Source of the DNA: Candidatus Fokinia solitaria
GTDB taxonomy: Bacteria; Pseudomonadota; Alphaproteobacteria; Rickettsiales; Midichloriaceae
Assembly (NCBI RefSeq): GCF_003072485.1
Contig: NZ_CP025989.1
Coordinates: forward strand, 720,001 to 752,000
Length of the DNA stretch: 32,000 nucleotides
Reading direction: 5' to 3'
Shown: one piece after another, positions 17,927-27,399 of the stretch
Layout of the letters: the number at the start of each line of letters is the position of its first letter
How positions within the stretch are numbered: the stretch's first letter is position 1
The notes under the pieces: model-generated
The model's database searches: none
The model's input: only the letters and a program-made list of their open reading frames with translations
Told to the model about the DNA's origin: nothing
Program-made: the position numbers and the translations under genes

Positions 17927-18589
17927 GTGATATACTATCAAGTAATGCATATCATAACTACTCATAGAAAAATATATACAATGCAATTACAAAAGGAAAA
18001 ATTTAATAAGTTTGAAATACCAACTTTATACAACATAATATCACTGCTGCCAAAATCTACAAATGTACTTGCTTTGTTGAGAGATCTATGTACACCACCT
18101 GAATTGAGAATTTTAAGAGAAAGATTGACAATAGCTTTATATCTTCAGCATAAACCTAATTTCTCATATAAGATGATCAAAAATCTCACAGGAAGCAGCG
18201 TGACAACTATAATGAAAGTAAATCACGTACTACAAAATAAAATTTGTAATGGATATAAAACGATACTACCTCAGTGTAATATCTATACTTCGCTTGAAGA
18301 GGCGCTTTTAAAGACAGGCACTGCGGAAAGATGTAAAGATCTCATATCGGATCTGTGTACCACTTATGAAATAAATATATTCGAAACAAGATTAGTCGTG
18401 GCGTATTTATTATCAAAAGGCTCTAGTAATAAGGAAATAATAAATTTTATCTCAGTCAGTACAGCGACATTAACTAGAATAAGAAGATTTTTAAATTATG
18501 AAAATAATAGAGGATATACGGCGGCATTTCATCTATTTGACAAGTACAACTGCGATAACAATACAGCTATGTTAAAATTTAAAATATAA
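17927..18589 (+). CDS. TrpR/YerC-family-like DNA-binding protein with two tandem domains
   Basis: Repeat 1: LLRDLCTPPELRILRERLTIALYL...MIKNLTGSSVTTIMKVNHVL. Repeat 2: LISDLCTTYEINIFETRLVVAYLLSKGSSNKEIINFISVSTATLTRIRRFLNYENNRGY. Both resemble the YerC/TrpR pattern. The start may be internal (ATG at 17981, MQLQKEK). Confidence 0.75.
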   Translation: MIYYQVMHIITTHRKIYTMQLQKEKFNKFEIPTLYNIISLLPKSTNVLALLRDLCTPPELRILRERLTIALYLQHKPNFSYKMIKNLTGSSVTTIMKVNHVLQNKICNGYKTILPQCNIYTSLEEALLKTGTAERCKDLISDLCTTYEINIFETRLVVAYLLSKGSSNKEIINFISVSTATLTRIRRFLNYENNRGYTAAFHLFDKYNCDNNTAMLKFKI

Positions 18590-18600
18590 ATACAATCTTA

Positions 18601-20160
18601 TTATTTCATTTTTCTATCGTTTAGCACTCTGTAATTCAATGCTTCACTCAAATCATATTTCGATAATCTTGAAGTGCTCTGCTTTAGATCCGCAATCGTT
18701 CTTGCGACCTTTTTTAATTTATTTATGCTTCTTGATGAAAAATAGAATTTTTCCACTATTTTCAGAAATAACTTTTCTCCTTCTTCGTCCATCTTCGTTA
18801 CATCATGTAATAATTCCCCTTCTAGTTCCGAGTTCAAATATGTTCTTCCATTTCTTACATTACGTTCTCTCTGCAATTCTCTTGCCGCTATCACACGCTG
18901 CAGTATTAGACAAGAACTCTCTTCTCTCTGTTCGCTATGAAAAGAATGATATTCATCATTCATAGTCACTTGTAAATCGAATCTATCAAGCAAAGGGCCG
19001 GAAATTCTATTTTGATAATCAATCGCACAAGATGGCGCCTTTTTACATATTGCATCAACATTTTTACTGCCAAAATATCCGCATTTACATGGATTCATCG
19101 CCCCTACAAGTTGAAACTTCGCAGGATATGCAACATGATTGTTAACTCTTGCAATCTGCACATATTTCGCTTCTATTGGCTGCCTCAATGATTCTAAAGT
19201 TCCTCTTCCAAATTCCGGCATTTCATCAAGAAACAATATACCTAGATGAGAAAGAGTAACTTCTCCTGGACTTGCATCTTTTCCTCCACCAATCATTGCA
19301 GGTGTTGTACATGAAGAATGTGGTTCTCTAAACGGGCGTTCCGTAATCAGACCATTCTCAGGGCGTAATATACCTGCTAAACTAGCAATAATCGTAGTTT
19401 CTAACTGCTCTTCAACAGTAAGAGGAGGCATTATTGTATGTAAACGACTCGCTAACATTGATTTACCAGAGCCTGGAGGGCCTACCATTAGCACGTGATG
19501 CCCTCCTGCAGCAGCTATTTCCATTCCTCTTTTTGCTAAAATCTGCCCTTTTACATCAGAAAAATCCTTGTTATGTTCAGTACTTTTTTCCTCTTTTAAG
19601 TACGAATCAGCATATCGCTGATTACTGATGAGCTCTCTGCCTTTCAGATGATTCACTAACTCCACAATATGCGACGCTACTATAATATTCTTATTACCAG
19701 AATATGATACCTCTCTAATATTCATACTTGGACATATAACACCACATCCTATTTCCGTCGCTTTAATAGCAGCGGGCAATACTCCGTTCACATGCCTTAT
19801 ACTGCCATTTAATGATAATTCTCCTAATATTACGAAATTGCCAATCTCTTCCTGCGCTATCACTTCCATCGCTACTAAAATAGATAATGCAATACATAAA
19901 TCGAAATGCGTGCCGCTTTTTATAATATCAGCAGGCGCTAAATTAATCGTAATTCTCTTAGCAGGAAGACCAAATCCTATACTATTAAATACCGCTCTTA
20001 CTCTATCTCTCGATTCTGCTATCGATTTTGCTGCAAGACCAACAATGTTAAAACACGGCAATCCTGCACCTATATGAGTTTGTACTTCAATTTCTTGTAC
20101 CTCAATTCCAGAAAATGCTACACTCTTCACCGTAGATAGCATAATGCTCTCATTCTGCAT
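18601..20160 (-). CDS. comM: YifB/ComM-family Mg-chelatase-like AAA ATPase
   Basis: GIEVQEIEVQTHIGAGLPCFNIVGLAAKSIAESRDRVRAVFNSIGF, Walker A GPPGSGKSMLASRLHTIMPPL, HHVLMVGPPGSGK, LFLDEMPEFGRGTLESLRQP, NPCKCGYFG, SGPLLDRFDLQ. Confidence 0.96.
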   Translation of the reverse strand: MQNESIMLSTVKSVAFSGIEVQEIEVQTHIGAGLPCFNIVGLAAKSIAESRDRVRAVFNSIGFGLPAKRITINLAPADIIKSGTHFDLCIALSILVAMEVIAQEEIGNFVILGELSLNGSIRHVNGVLPAAIKATEIGCGVICPSMNIREVSYSGNKNIIVASHIVELVNHLKGRELISNQRYADSYLKEEKSTEHNKDFSDVKGQILAKRGMEIAAAGGHHVLMVGPPGSGKSMLASRLHTIMPPLTVEEQLETTIIASLAGILRPENGLITERPFREPHSSCTTPAMIGGGKDASPGEVTLSHLGILFLDEMPEFGRGTLESLRQPIEAKYVQIARVNNHVAYPAKFQLVGAMNPCKCGYFGSKNVDAICKKAPSCAIDYQNRISGPLLDRFDLQVTMNDEYHSFHSEQREESSCLILQRVIAARELQRERNVRNGRTYLNSELEGELLHDVTKMDEEGEKLFLKIVEKFYFSSRSINKLKKVARTIADLKQSTSRLSKYDLSEALNYRVLNDRKMK

Positions 20161-20261
20161 AGACTTTTTGCGCTATCATTAGCAGTAAGCGTTACAAAAT
20201 GAAAGAAAATTCTTAACGATACGAGGTAATAAATTATCTATTATGAAACTTAACTGAGATT

Positions 20262-21614
20262 TCATGCAAAATCTCGTATTTCCCCTTTCATACTATTAGT
20301 AAATGCTTCGGTAATTTTTACAGTCACTATATCTCCTATTTCTACTCCATGTGGCACTTTATCCACTATCACAGACTGCATATATTCTGTTTTTCCAATC
20401 CATTGAGATTTTTTCTTACCATCTTTCATCAATAATACCTTCATCTCTTGCTCTAACATTTCTTGATTAAAGTGCAGCTTTTGCACCTCTAACAACTCTT
20501 GCAATTTTGCTAATCTTTCTTGCTTCACTTCTTCTGAGATTTGCTCTGACATTATGGAAGCTGGAGTACCAGGTCTTGGACTATACTTAAAAGAATACGC
20601 CGAAGCATATTCAACAGTTTTCACCAACTGCAAAGTATCACTAAAATCCGCCTCCGTTTCTCCTGGATAGCCTACTATAAAATCGGATGAAAACTGTATT
20701 TTATCAGAAATTGCTCTGAATTTTTCAATTATTTCAAGATATTCCTTCGTAGTATGTTTTCTATTCATATTTTTCAGAATTTTATCTGATCCGGACTGCA
20801 CTGGTAGATGTATAAACGGCATTATTTTAGGATGTTTATGAATCATAAATAGCAATTCATCATTCATATCACGCGGATGAGATGTGGTATAACGTAATCT
20901 TTTAATACGCTCATCTTGTGATAAAACTTCCAATAAACGCCCTAAAGTCCACAAATTGCCATATTCATCCACTCCATGGTATGCATTTACGTTTTGCCCT
21001 AATAAAGTAACCTCTGAGACATTTCTACTATCAAGAATATATGATAATTCCTTCATTATCTTCTCTGGAGAACGAGAATATTCAGCGCCTCTTGTATACG
21101 GCACGCAACAGAAATGACAAAATTTATCGCATCCCTCTTGAATAGATATAAATGCTGAAATGGACTGCGAAGAAATATCTATCGGCAATGCATCAAACTT
21201 TTTACTTTCTTCAAAGGAAAGCTCTACTAACCATTTTTTCTCTCTTCTTATTCTTTCTATTAGAGTAGGTAGTTCGTGATATGATTGAGGACCTACTACT
21301 ATATCTACTACGGGGGCTCTTTTTACGACTTCCGCTCCTTCCGCTTGTGCCACACATCCTGCTACCACTATTATTATATCTTTACCCTCTTGCTGTTTTC
21401 TACGCTTAAAATTTGCTAATCTACCAAGTTCTGCATACAACTTTTCAGAAGCTTTTTCTCTTATATGACACGTATTAATTACGATAACATCCGATTCTGA
21501 TGGAGTATCGGTAATTATGAAACCATGCGGCAGCAATAAATCTTGTATTTTTCCAGAATCATACACGTTCATTTGACAGCCATAAGTCTTGATATAAAGC
21601 ATTCTAGGCATCAC
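20262..21614 (-). CDS. miaB: tRNA-2-methylthio-N6-dimethylallyladenosine synthase MiaB
   Basis: YIKTYGCQMNVYDSGKI, VINTCHIREKASEKLYAELGR, CDKFCHFCCVPYTRG (radical SAM CX3CX2C), EVTLLGQNVNAYHG, FSSDFIVGYPGETEADF, C-terminal TRAM-like segment. Likely start is the ATG at 21602. Confidence 0.97.
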   Translation of the reverse strand: MMPRMLYIKTYGCQMNVYDSGKIQDLLLPHGFIITDTPSESDVIVINTCHIREKASEKLYAELGRLANFKRRKQQEGKDIIIVVAGCVAQAEGAEVVKRAPVVDIVVGPQSYHELPTLIERIRREKKWLVELSFEESKKFDALPIDISSQSISAFISIQEGCDKFCHFCCVPYTRGAEYSRSPEKIMKELSYILDSRNVSEVTLLGQNVNAYHGVDEYGNLWTLGRLLEVLSQDERIKRLRYTTSHPRDMNDELLFMIHKHPKIMPFIHLPVQSGSDKILKNMNRKHTTKEYLEIIEKFRAISDKIQFSSDFIVGYPGETEADFSDTLQLVKTVEYASAYSFKYSPRPGTPASIMSEQISEEVKQERLAKLQELLEVQKLHFNQEMLEQEMKVLLMKDGKKKSQWIGKTEYMQSVIVDKVPHGVEIGDIVTVKITEAFTNSMKGEIRDFA

Positions 21615-21694
21615 AAAAGCAGAATTGAATTACTTGGAAAAATAATGTACCATACGGTAATAATAGGAAAAACTGTATTGATTTACAGCAGTAG

Positions 21695-22270
21695 ATGAGG
21701 TATTTCACTTTTTTTTTGCTATGCATCAGTTGTCTCTTTTTAAAGGGTTGTACCAGTACGCGGTGTAACAGCTCCATGAACGATGATGAAAAATTTGAAT
21801 ATGCCGTCAATCTCGTACTTGCGATGGAAGGCGGATATGTCAATCATCCATCTGATAAAGGAAGAGAAACAAAGTACGGCATCTCCAAGAGATCTAATCC
21901 TAATGTGAATATCAAAAATCTCACCGTAAGGCAAGCAAAGCAAATATATTACATAAAATATTGGAGGCCAAATCGCTATTATCTGATAAAAAATACCATA
22001 ATAGCAGCAAAGATCTTTGATATTGCGGTACATGCAGGTTCTCAAGTAGCGAATAAAATGTTACAACGTGCACTTTGGGCAACAGGCTGTAAAAATGTAG
22101 CGGAGACTGGCATATTGGACGAACAAACTCTTAAAGCAACAAACAGAGCAAAACCTGCTGTACTTTTAAGTGCACTTAAATCGGAAGTTGCAGGATATTA
22201 CAGAATAATATCTTCTAAAGATGATAACAAACTCTTCTTAAGAGGATGGCTTAGAAGAGCTTATTCATAA
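21695..22270 (+). CDS. Putative glycoside hydrolase family 108 lysozyme-like protein, lipoprotein-type signal
   Basis: Signal MRYFTFFLLCISCLFLKGC (lipobox-like). VLAMEGGYVNHPSDKGRETKYGISKR matches the catalytic-Glu EGGY...D.G..TKYGI pattern; peptidoglycan-binding-like C-terminus. Confidence 0.85.
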   Translation: MRYFTFFLLCISCLFLKGCTSTRCNSSMNDDEKFEYAVNLVLAMEGGYVNHPSDKGRETKYGISKRSNPNVNIKNLTVRQAKQIYYIKYWRPNRYYLIKNTIIAAKIFDIAVHAGSQVANKMLQRALWATGCKNVAETGILDEQTLKATNRAKPAVLLSALKSEVAGYYRIISSKDDNKLFLRGWLRRAYS

Positions 22271-22310
22271 TAAAAAGTATTCTGTGATTAAGTGAAATAT
22301 TCACACGTAT

Positions 22311-23354
22311 TTATGCAATAGTTTTATAATGCACTGTAAGCATCTTACATAGATCCAGCATTCTATTTGAAAAACCAATTTCGTTATCGTACCAACATAC
22401 GATTCTTGCGTTGTTATCATTGACGAATGACTGAGTCGCATCAAATATACAGCTGTGTTTACAGCCGTTAAAATCGCATGATACTAATTCCTCTGAATTT
22501 AATGCCATTATGTCAGCGTAGGTATTTGCATAATCTGTAATGCAATCAAGCAAAAGCTCTACAGAAAGCTTACAATTTGCCGAAAATCGAAAATCTACAG
22601 TCGAAACATTAGCAACTGGTACACGTAGACTAGCGCCTCCGATCTTATCACCTAATTTAGGAAATAACTCAGATATCATTCCGGTAAATCCAGTTTTAGA
22701 AGGAATAATTGATAAATTCGCAGCTCTACCTCGTCTTTTATCTTTATGTGATTTATCTAATAACGCTTGATCATTGGTATACGCGTGAACTGTCGTTACA
22801 AAACCTGCTGTAATCTCAAATTTGTCATTTATTGCCTTAATCGCTGGCAAAATGCAGTTTGTTGTACATGAGCCAAGAGTTACTATATGACCTTTTTTTA
22901 CCTCTTCTATTCTGTCATTGTTTACACCTAGAATAATTGCATGTTCTGCTTTTTCACACGGCGCAGAGACGATTACATTGGTAACGCCTCCTTTTAGAAA
23001 ATACGGCTGTAAGAGGCTCTTTTTATTAAATGCGCCACTACACTCTAGCACTAACTCGATATCACCGTTTAAGGTATCTGAAAGTATTTCCACATTCTCA
23101 TAAGCAGTTACTTCAATTCTCTTGTTTATGGTAGGAAAGAACAATCCATCATCGATACACTGCACAGGTATATTCAATACACCATGAGTAGAATCATATT
23201 TCAATGCATAAGCAGCATCCTTAGCAGAAAGAGTACGTCCATTGATACGTACTATGTCAAAGTATTCTCTATATCCAGCATCAGCATCAAGAAAACTGCG
23301 TAACACACTTCTCCCTATTCTACCGAATCCATTAATGCAAACTTTCATATACAA
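22311..23354 (-). CDS. gap: Type I glyceraldehyde-3-phosphate dehydrogenase
   Basis: KVCINGFGRIGRSVLR, GSCTTNCILPAIKAI active-site Cys motif, VTTVHAYTNDQALLD, WYDNEIGFSNRMLDL. Likely start MKVCING at 23348. Confidence 0.96.
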   Translation of the reverse strand: MYMKVCINGFGRIGRSVLRSFLDADAGYREYFDIVRINGRTLSAKDAAYALKYDSTHGVLNIPVQCIDDGLFFPTINKRIEVTAYENVEILSDTLNGDIELVLECSGAFNKKSLLQPYFLKGGVTNVIVSAPCEKAEHAIILGVNNDRIEEVKKGHIVTLGSCTTNCILPAIKAINDKFEITAGFVTTVHAYTNDQALLDKSHKDKRRGRAANLSIIPSKTGFTGMISELFPKLGDKIGGASLRVPVANVSTVDFRFSANCKLSVELLLDCITDYANTYADIMALNSEELVSCDFNGCKHSCIFDATQSFVNDNNARIVCWYDNEIGFSNRMLDLCKMLTVHYKTIA

Positions 23355-23368
23355 TGAAAAACGATGAA

Positions 23369-23551
23369 TTATTGAACAGCGTGAGACACTGTCACTTGTT
23401 TAGCTTTTTTAAATCCTCCTGTAGCGGCGAAATCATTGTACAAAACTGCTCTTTTTTTCTGTAGATATGCTTTATCTTGATAAGATCTGTCGCTGGAGCA
23501 TGCGACGAGAAAGATCCATGACAAAAGAAGCATCGAAAAGCGTAACAGCAT
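23369..23551 (-). CDS. Small putative lipoprotein
   Basis: 60 aa, MLLRFSMLLLSWIFLVACSSDRS carries a classical lipobox (LVAC). Lies just upstream of gap on the same strand. Confidence 0.6.
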   Translation of the reverse strand: MLLRFSMLLLSWIFLVACSSDRSYQDKAYLQKKRAVLYNDFAATGGFKKAKQVTVSHAVQ

Positions 23552-23626
23552 ACAGAAGCATATAAATATAAATCTCTTCGAAAGGATAGTAAATCAAAGC
23601 TCTCTTAGCAAGAAAAGCACTTAAAT

Positions 23627-24763
23627 TCAGATATATATTTTTTTCGATTCCAATCGTCCTATCTTACACAGCATTTCGTGCGCTAACCTTTCATGGAGAT
23701 TTGAGATCTTCATCACATCATCTATCAAATTTACGGATTGTGCTGATAAAAAATCCGCATCTGACATGGAAGAAGCATCAAAGATCGCTAATTGCATAGC
23801 GTTTGAAATCATATGAATTTTATGCCCCATGCACATGCAAAATCCGCGACGTTCCTTCTCATACCAACCGTACCAATAGCCACATTCAGCAGTAATTATT
23901 TTACTTCCTCTCTTCAATATAAGATTTCCTCCATACCCTACTACCGCATCTTCATCTAAAATAACTTTTTGCAATATATTCGCACTTATTTTGATCACTG
24001 ATTCAGAGAGATTAAGAGATGGATGAGAAGCGATGTCAGAATATAGCAAAACACCAACTCTCACCATGGAGAAATGATACTCAGTACCAAGTAGTACGCC
24101 AAATGAATTTGCAAAAGTATGTTGCATTACAACACTATTCCATACATTTTGCACTAGAGAAACGGCACTTTTAAATCTTTCCAGTTGTACCTCATTTAAC
24201 GGATGAGAATGTACCTCAGAAACACTCATATGCCCCATCAATCCAATACATTCGATACCTAATATTAGCGGTAACAGATTTAGATCGTGATTCTGATTTG
24301 AATATTTGGCAGTAAATGAAGATAACTCCACTGCGCTAAAACCAGTTCTCACCATTCCTACTTCAACGTATAAGATCATTCTAGGCGTAGGTATTTTATC
24401 TGATGCAGCCTTCAAAGCTGCAACAAGCAGCAAAAACTGCGCTTCGGCATTGATAACGAATATAAATCTTCGCTTTATACCAAGTAAAGCATTATCCACC
24501 GAATCAGGACCATGCAAAACGTATATATTTACATTATCCGACAAATTCGCTTCACTCGCTACATTGAAAACTTCTAGCGCTTCACTAATATCCGCTACTA
24601 AAAAGTCTTTGCACTCAGGTAGAAGAGCTGCAGCTACATTTCGCAGCCCTATTCCATAAGCATTTCCCTTAACAACTGCGCAACAACGCACATCTTTTCC
24701 AACAAAATGTGCGATCTCTAGATAATTATGCTTGATATTAGTAGTAGAGATGACAGTTTCCAT
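23627..24763 (-). CDS. alr: Alanine racemase
   Basis: PLP-lysine motif AVVKGNAYGIG, LYVEVGMVRTGF, GLMGHMS, VRVGVLLYS, AVVGYGG...ITAECGYWYGW. Rather divergent. Confidence 0.88.
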   Translation of the reverse strand: METVISTTNIKHNYLEIAHFVGKDVRCCAVVKGNAYGIGLRNVAAALLPECKDFLVADISEALEVFNVASEANLSDNVNIYVLHGPDSVDNALLGIKRRFIFVINAEAQFLLLVAALKAASDKIPTPRMILYVEVGMVRTGFSAVELSSFTAKYSNQNHDLNLLPLILGIECIGLMGHMSVSEVHSHPLNEVQLERFKSAVSLVQNVWNSVVMQHTFANSFGVLLGTEYHFSMVRVGVLLYSDIASHPSLNLSESVIKISANILQKVILDEDAVVGYGGNLILKRGSKIITAECGYWYGWYEKERRGFCMCMGHKIHMISNAMQLAIFDASSMSDADFLSAQSVNLIDDVMKISNLHERLAHEMLCKIGRLESKKIYI

Positions 24764-24780
24764 ACCTCAATGCGCATTGT

Positions 24781-25218
24781 TTACTGCAGCTTTTTATCAT
24801 ATGGAAGAGTGACAAGCAATACGTCTGAAAATCCAGCATCTTTTATCAGATTAAACACAGAAACTAAAGCACCATATGTGACACTTACATCTCCTTTAAG
24901 CATTATCACAGGATTCTTTTTTTTCTTAGCAATTGCCTTTAATTTATACGGAAAATTCTCATCATTTGAGATTTTTATTTCATCTATAAATATATCTCCA
25001 TTAGATGCTATCGACACAACAATAGACTCTTTCAAATTGTCTTGCTGTATGGCTGCTGTATTTGCATCTGGCAAATCTACATCTATACCTCCAACCATCA
25101 TGGAAGACGTCACCATAAATATCGTAAGAAGCACAAGCATTACATCTACGAGTGGAGTAATATTGATATCAGAATTGATGCCCCTTGTTTTTCTGTAAGA
25201 TGTCTGCGCAATACCCAT
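24781..25218 (-). CDS. tolR: ExbD/TolR-family biopolymer transport protein
   Basis: N-terminal DINITPLVDVMLVLLTIFMVTSSMMVGGIDVDLPDA, a hallmark of ExbD/TolR; same length class. Confidence 0.9.
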   Translation of the reverse strand: MGIAQTSYRKTRGINSDINITPLVDVMLVLLTIFMVTSSMMVGGIDVDLPDANTAAIQQDNLKESIVVSIASNGDIFIDEIKISNDENFPYKLKAIAKKKKNPVIMLKGDVSVTYGALVSVFNLIKDAGFSDVLLVTLPYDKKLQ

Positions 25219-25219
25219 A

Positions 25220-26380
25220 CTATTGAACTAAGAAAGAAATTATGTGATTGAGAAGTCTGAATTTATCTCGCGGCACTCCGATGCAGCACATCTCTTCATC
25301 ATACCAAAGCATATTATCATTGCATAGACTTTGTACTTTTGAGAAATCTAAATTTTGCATCATCACATCGTCAATTTTGATGCCTGCTTCTAATCTTAAC
25401 CCCATAAGCAACTTTTCCACAAAAACTGCCTTTTCATCAAGAAACTCCACAGTACTAATAGCGCTATCATTCTGCTTTATTTTTAAAAGCCATTTTTCAT
25501 AATGATATTCATCAACTATAGCAACAGAATGACAGGTATTGTGAGAATTCGTTAATAACTCATATGATTGCGATCTGAGTCTACTATGCGCGCCTGGACC
25601 TATGCCAATATATTCTTCATATTTCCAATATGATAAATTATGCGCACTTTCATAAGTTTTTTTCGCGTAATTCGAAATCTCATATCTACATAAGCCGTAA
25701 CTATCTAAGATTTCACCCGTAGCATCATATAGCTGCAATGCTATTTCATCATCAATTTCTCGCAATAAGCCTCGCTTTTTTAAATTACCGAACTTCGTCT
25801 TTGGCTCTATCGTAAGCTGATAAACGGAAATATGAGGAGGATTATATCTCATTACCACCTCAAGCTCCTGCTTCCACTCTTCAACAGTCTGACCATCTGT
25901 ACCGGATATCAGATCAAATGAGTAGTTATTAAAAATAGAAGATACAGCATTCATTGAATGAATTGCATTCTCAGCAGAATGATCTCGACCTAGAAACTGC
26001 AATCTCTCTTGTTGAACACTCTGTATACCGACAGAGACTCGATTTACTCCACAATTCTTTAAATCTAATAATTTCTGAGATGTTATATCACGTGGATTCA
26101 TTTCTATCGTAACTTCAAATGGCATTTGCTGAAAGCTACTCACAAAGCGCACTATATCTTCTATTACCGTAATAGGCGCTAGCGAAGGCGTACCGCCTCC
26201 GATGAACAAAGTCGATACTCCATGCTTTTGCAACAGCGGCTTGTAAAATGATAAGCATTTTATATACGCATCACTCCACTCTCGAGAGTCTGCTACTTTT
26301 TTGACAACGTACGTATTGAAATCGCAGTACGGGCATTTCTTGCCGCAAAACGGCCAGTGTATATATATGGAGAGAGACAG
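25220..26380 (-). CDS. hemW: HemW-like radical SAM protein (coproporphyrinogen III oxidase-like), likely non-AUG start
   Basis: The track ORF starts at 26233 (MQKHGVSTLFIGGGTPSLAP) and lacks the Fe-S motif. The same frame upstream reads (CTG)SLSIYIHWPFCGKKCPYCDFNTYVVKKVADSREWSDAYIKCLSFYKPLLQKHGVSTLFIGGGTPS, restoring CX3CX2C. Confidence 0.88.
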   Translation of the reverse strand: MSLSIYIHWPFCGKKCPYCDFNTYVVKKVADSREWSDAYIKCLSFYKPLLQKHGVSTLFIGGGTPSLAPITVIEDIVRFVSSFQQMPFEVTIEMNPRDITSQKLLDLKNCGVNRVSVGIQSVQQERLQFLGRDHSAENAIHSMNAVSSIFNNYSFDLISGTDGQTVEEWKQELEVVMRYNPPHISVYQLTIEPKTKFGNLKKRGLLREIDDEIALQLYDATGEILDSYGLCRYEISNYAKKTYESAHNLSYWKYEEYIGIGPGAHSRLRSQSYELLTNSHNTCHSVAIVDEYHYEKWLLKIKQNDSAISTVEFLDEKAVFVEKLLMGLRLEAGIKIDDVMMQNLDFSKVQSLCNDNMLWYDEEMCCIGVPRDKFRLLNHIISFLVQ

Positions 26381-26385
26381 CGAAG

Positions 26386-26676
26386 CTACGCGTAAGTTTG
26401 TAAATTTTTCTTTACGTAATGAGTGATGTTACTCACCATTCTAGAAGCAGTATTTAGTTTCAGCACGCCTTTCGATTTCGCTTTCATGATTTCGGACTCT
26501 ACGGTACGTAACAGAACAAAGACTTCGTCCTTCGGCGAATCATTACGCACTACGTCAGTGACCTTCTTCCGCAAACTTGAAATGAAAGTCTTAACCCTAC
26601 TTTTAACCGCTCTATTTCTCTTATATCGTTCCAGTGAGCGCGCACGCGCTTTAACTGCAGAAATATGTTGTGCCAT
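26386..26676 (-). CDS. rpsT: 30S ribosomal protein S20
   Basis: MAQHISAVKARARSLERYKRNRAVKSRVKTFISSLRKKV...LNTASRMVSNITHYVKKNL. Start set at MAQH (track ORF begins at 26712). Confidence 0.93.
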   Translation of the reverse strand: MAQHISAVKARARSLERYKRNRAVKSRVKTFISSLRKKVTDVVRNDSPKDEVFVLLRTVESEIMKAKSKGVLKLNTASRMVSNITHYVKKNLQTYA

Positions 26677-26754
26677 AGGTATTGTTATCGTTTGCACCAA
26701 GTAGTAACACAAAAATATCGCTGTATCAATATCAATTGCGCACTCTTATCACAA

Positions 26755-27378
26755 TTATCCCTTCGTAGCTTTTTCATCTCCAGGTAATACTACATCCTTC
26801 CATGGATTTTCTGAATCAAAATTCCTATATGCCTGATCTAATACTATAGGTTTTTTCACAACTGTGCCTGTATTAGGTTCGAAACATGCATCATGATATC
26901 CACTCAAAGGAAAATCTTTTCTTAGAGGATGATGAGTAAAGTCGCTCTCATTTAATATTCTCTTAAGATTAGGATGCGATAGAAACTTAATACCAAACAT
27001 GTCATACACTTCTCTTTCGTACCAATCCGATGATCGGTATATTTGATACACTGAAGGTATCGCCTCATCTTGAGAAATAGGCAAGTGCACTCTTAAACGC
27101 CAATTATTAGTAACGCTTAGAAGATGATATACGACTTCAAATCTCTTCTCTCTGTCCGGATAATCCACAGCACAGACATCTAAGAGCATTTCAAATGATA
27201 AAATCTCGTCATTCTTTAAAAAATTCAAAAATTGCACAATGTGAGTGCATGAATGTAGTGTCGCATAACTCTCTTTCAAAGGAGAATTGTGCTGAAATTC
27301 GCATAAAGAAAGAACATCATCTTGTACTATTGCTTTATACTTCACAAGCAGTGAGTATAATTCGCTTTGACGAGTCAT
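26755..27378 (-). CDS. nuoC: NADH-quinone oxidoreductase subunit C
   Basis: VYHLLSVTNNWRLRVHLP, WYEREVYDMFGIKFLSHPNLKRILNESDFTHHPLRKDFPLSGYHD. Confidence 0.97.
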   Translation of the reverse strand: MTRQSELYSLLVKYKAIVQDDVLSLCEFQHNSPLKESYATLHSCTHIVQFLNFLKNDEILSFEMLLDVCAVDYPDREKRFEVVYHLLSVTNNWRLRVHLPISQDEAIPSVYQIYRSSDWYEREVYDMFGIKFLSHPNLKRILNESDFTHHPLRKDFPLSGYHDACFEPNTGTVVKKPIVLDQAYRNFDSENPWKDVVLPGDEKATKG

Positions 27379-27399
27379 AAAAGTAATATTAAGACGTGG

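Noticed and set aside
18639-20077. Several plus-strand ORFs antisense to comM
   Set aside because: They mirror the conserved ComM coding frame and have no independent evidence.
21604-22045. Minus-strand ORFs of 79 and 101 aa
   Set aside because: Antisense to the GH108-like gene, which has a coherent signal peptide and catalytic motif.
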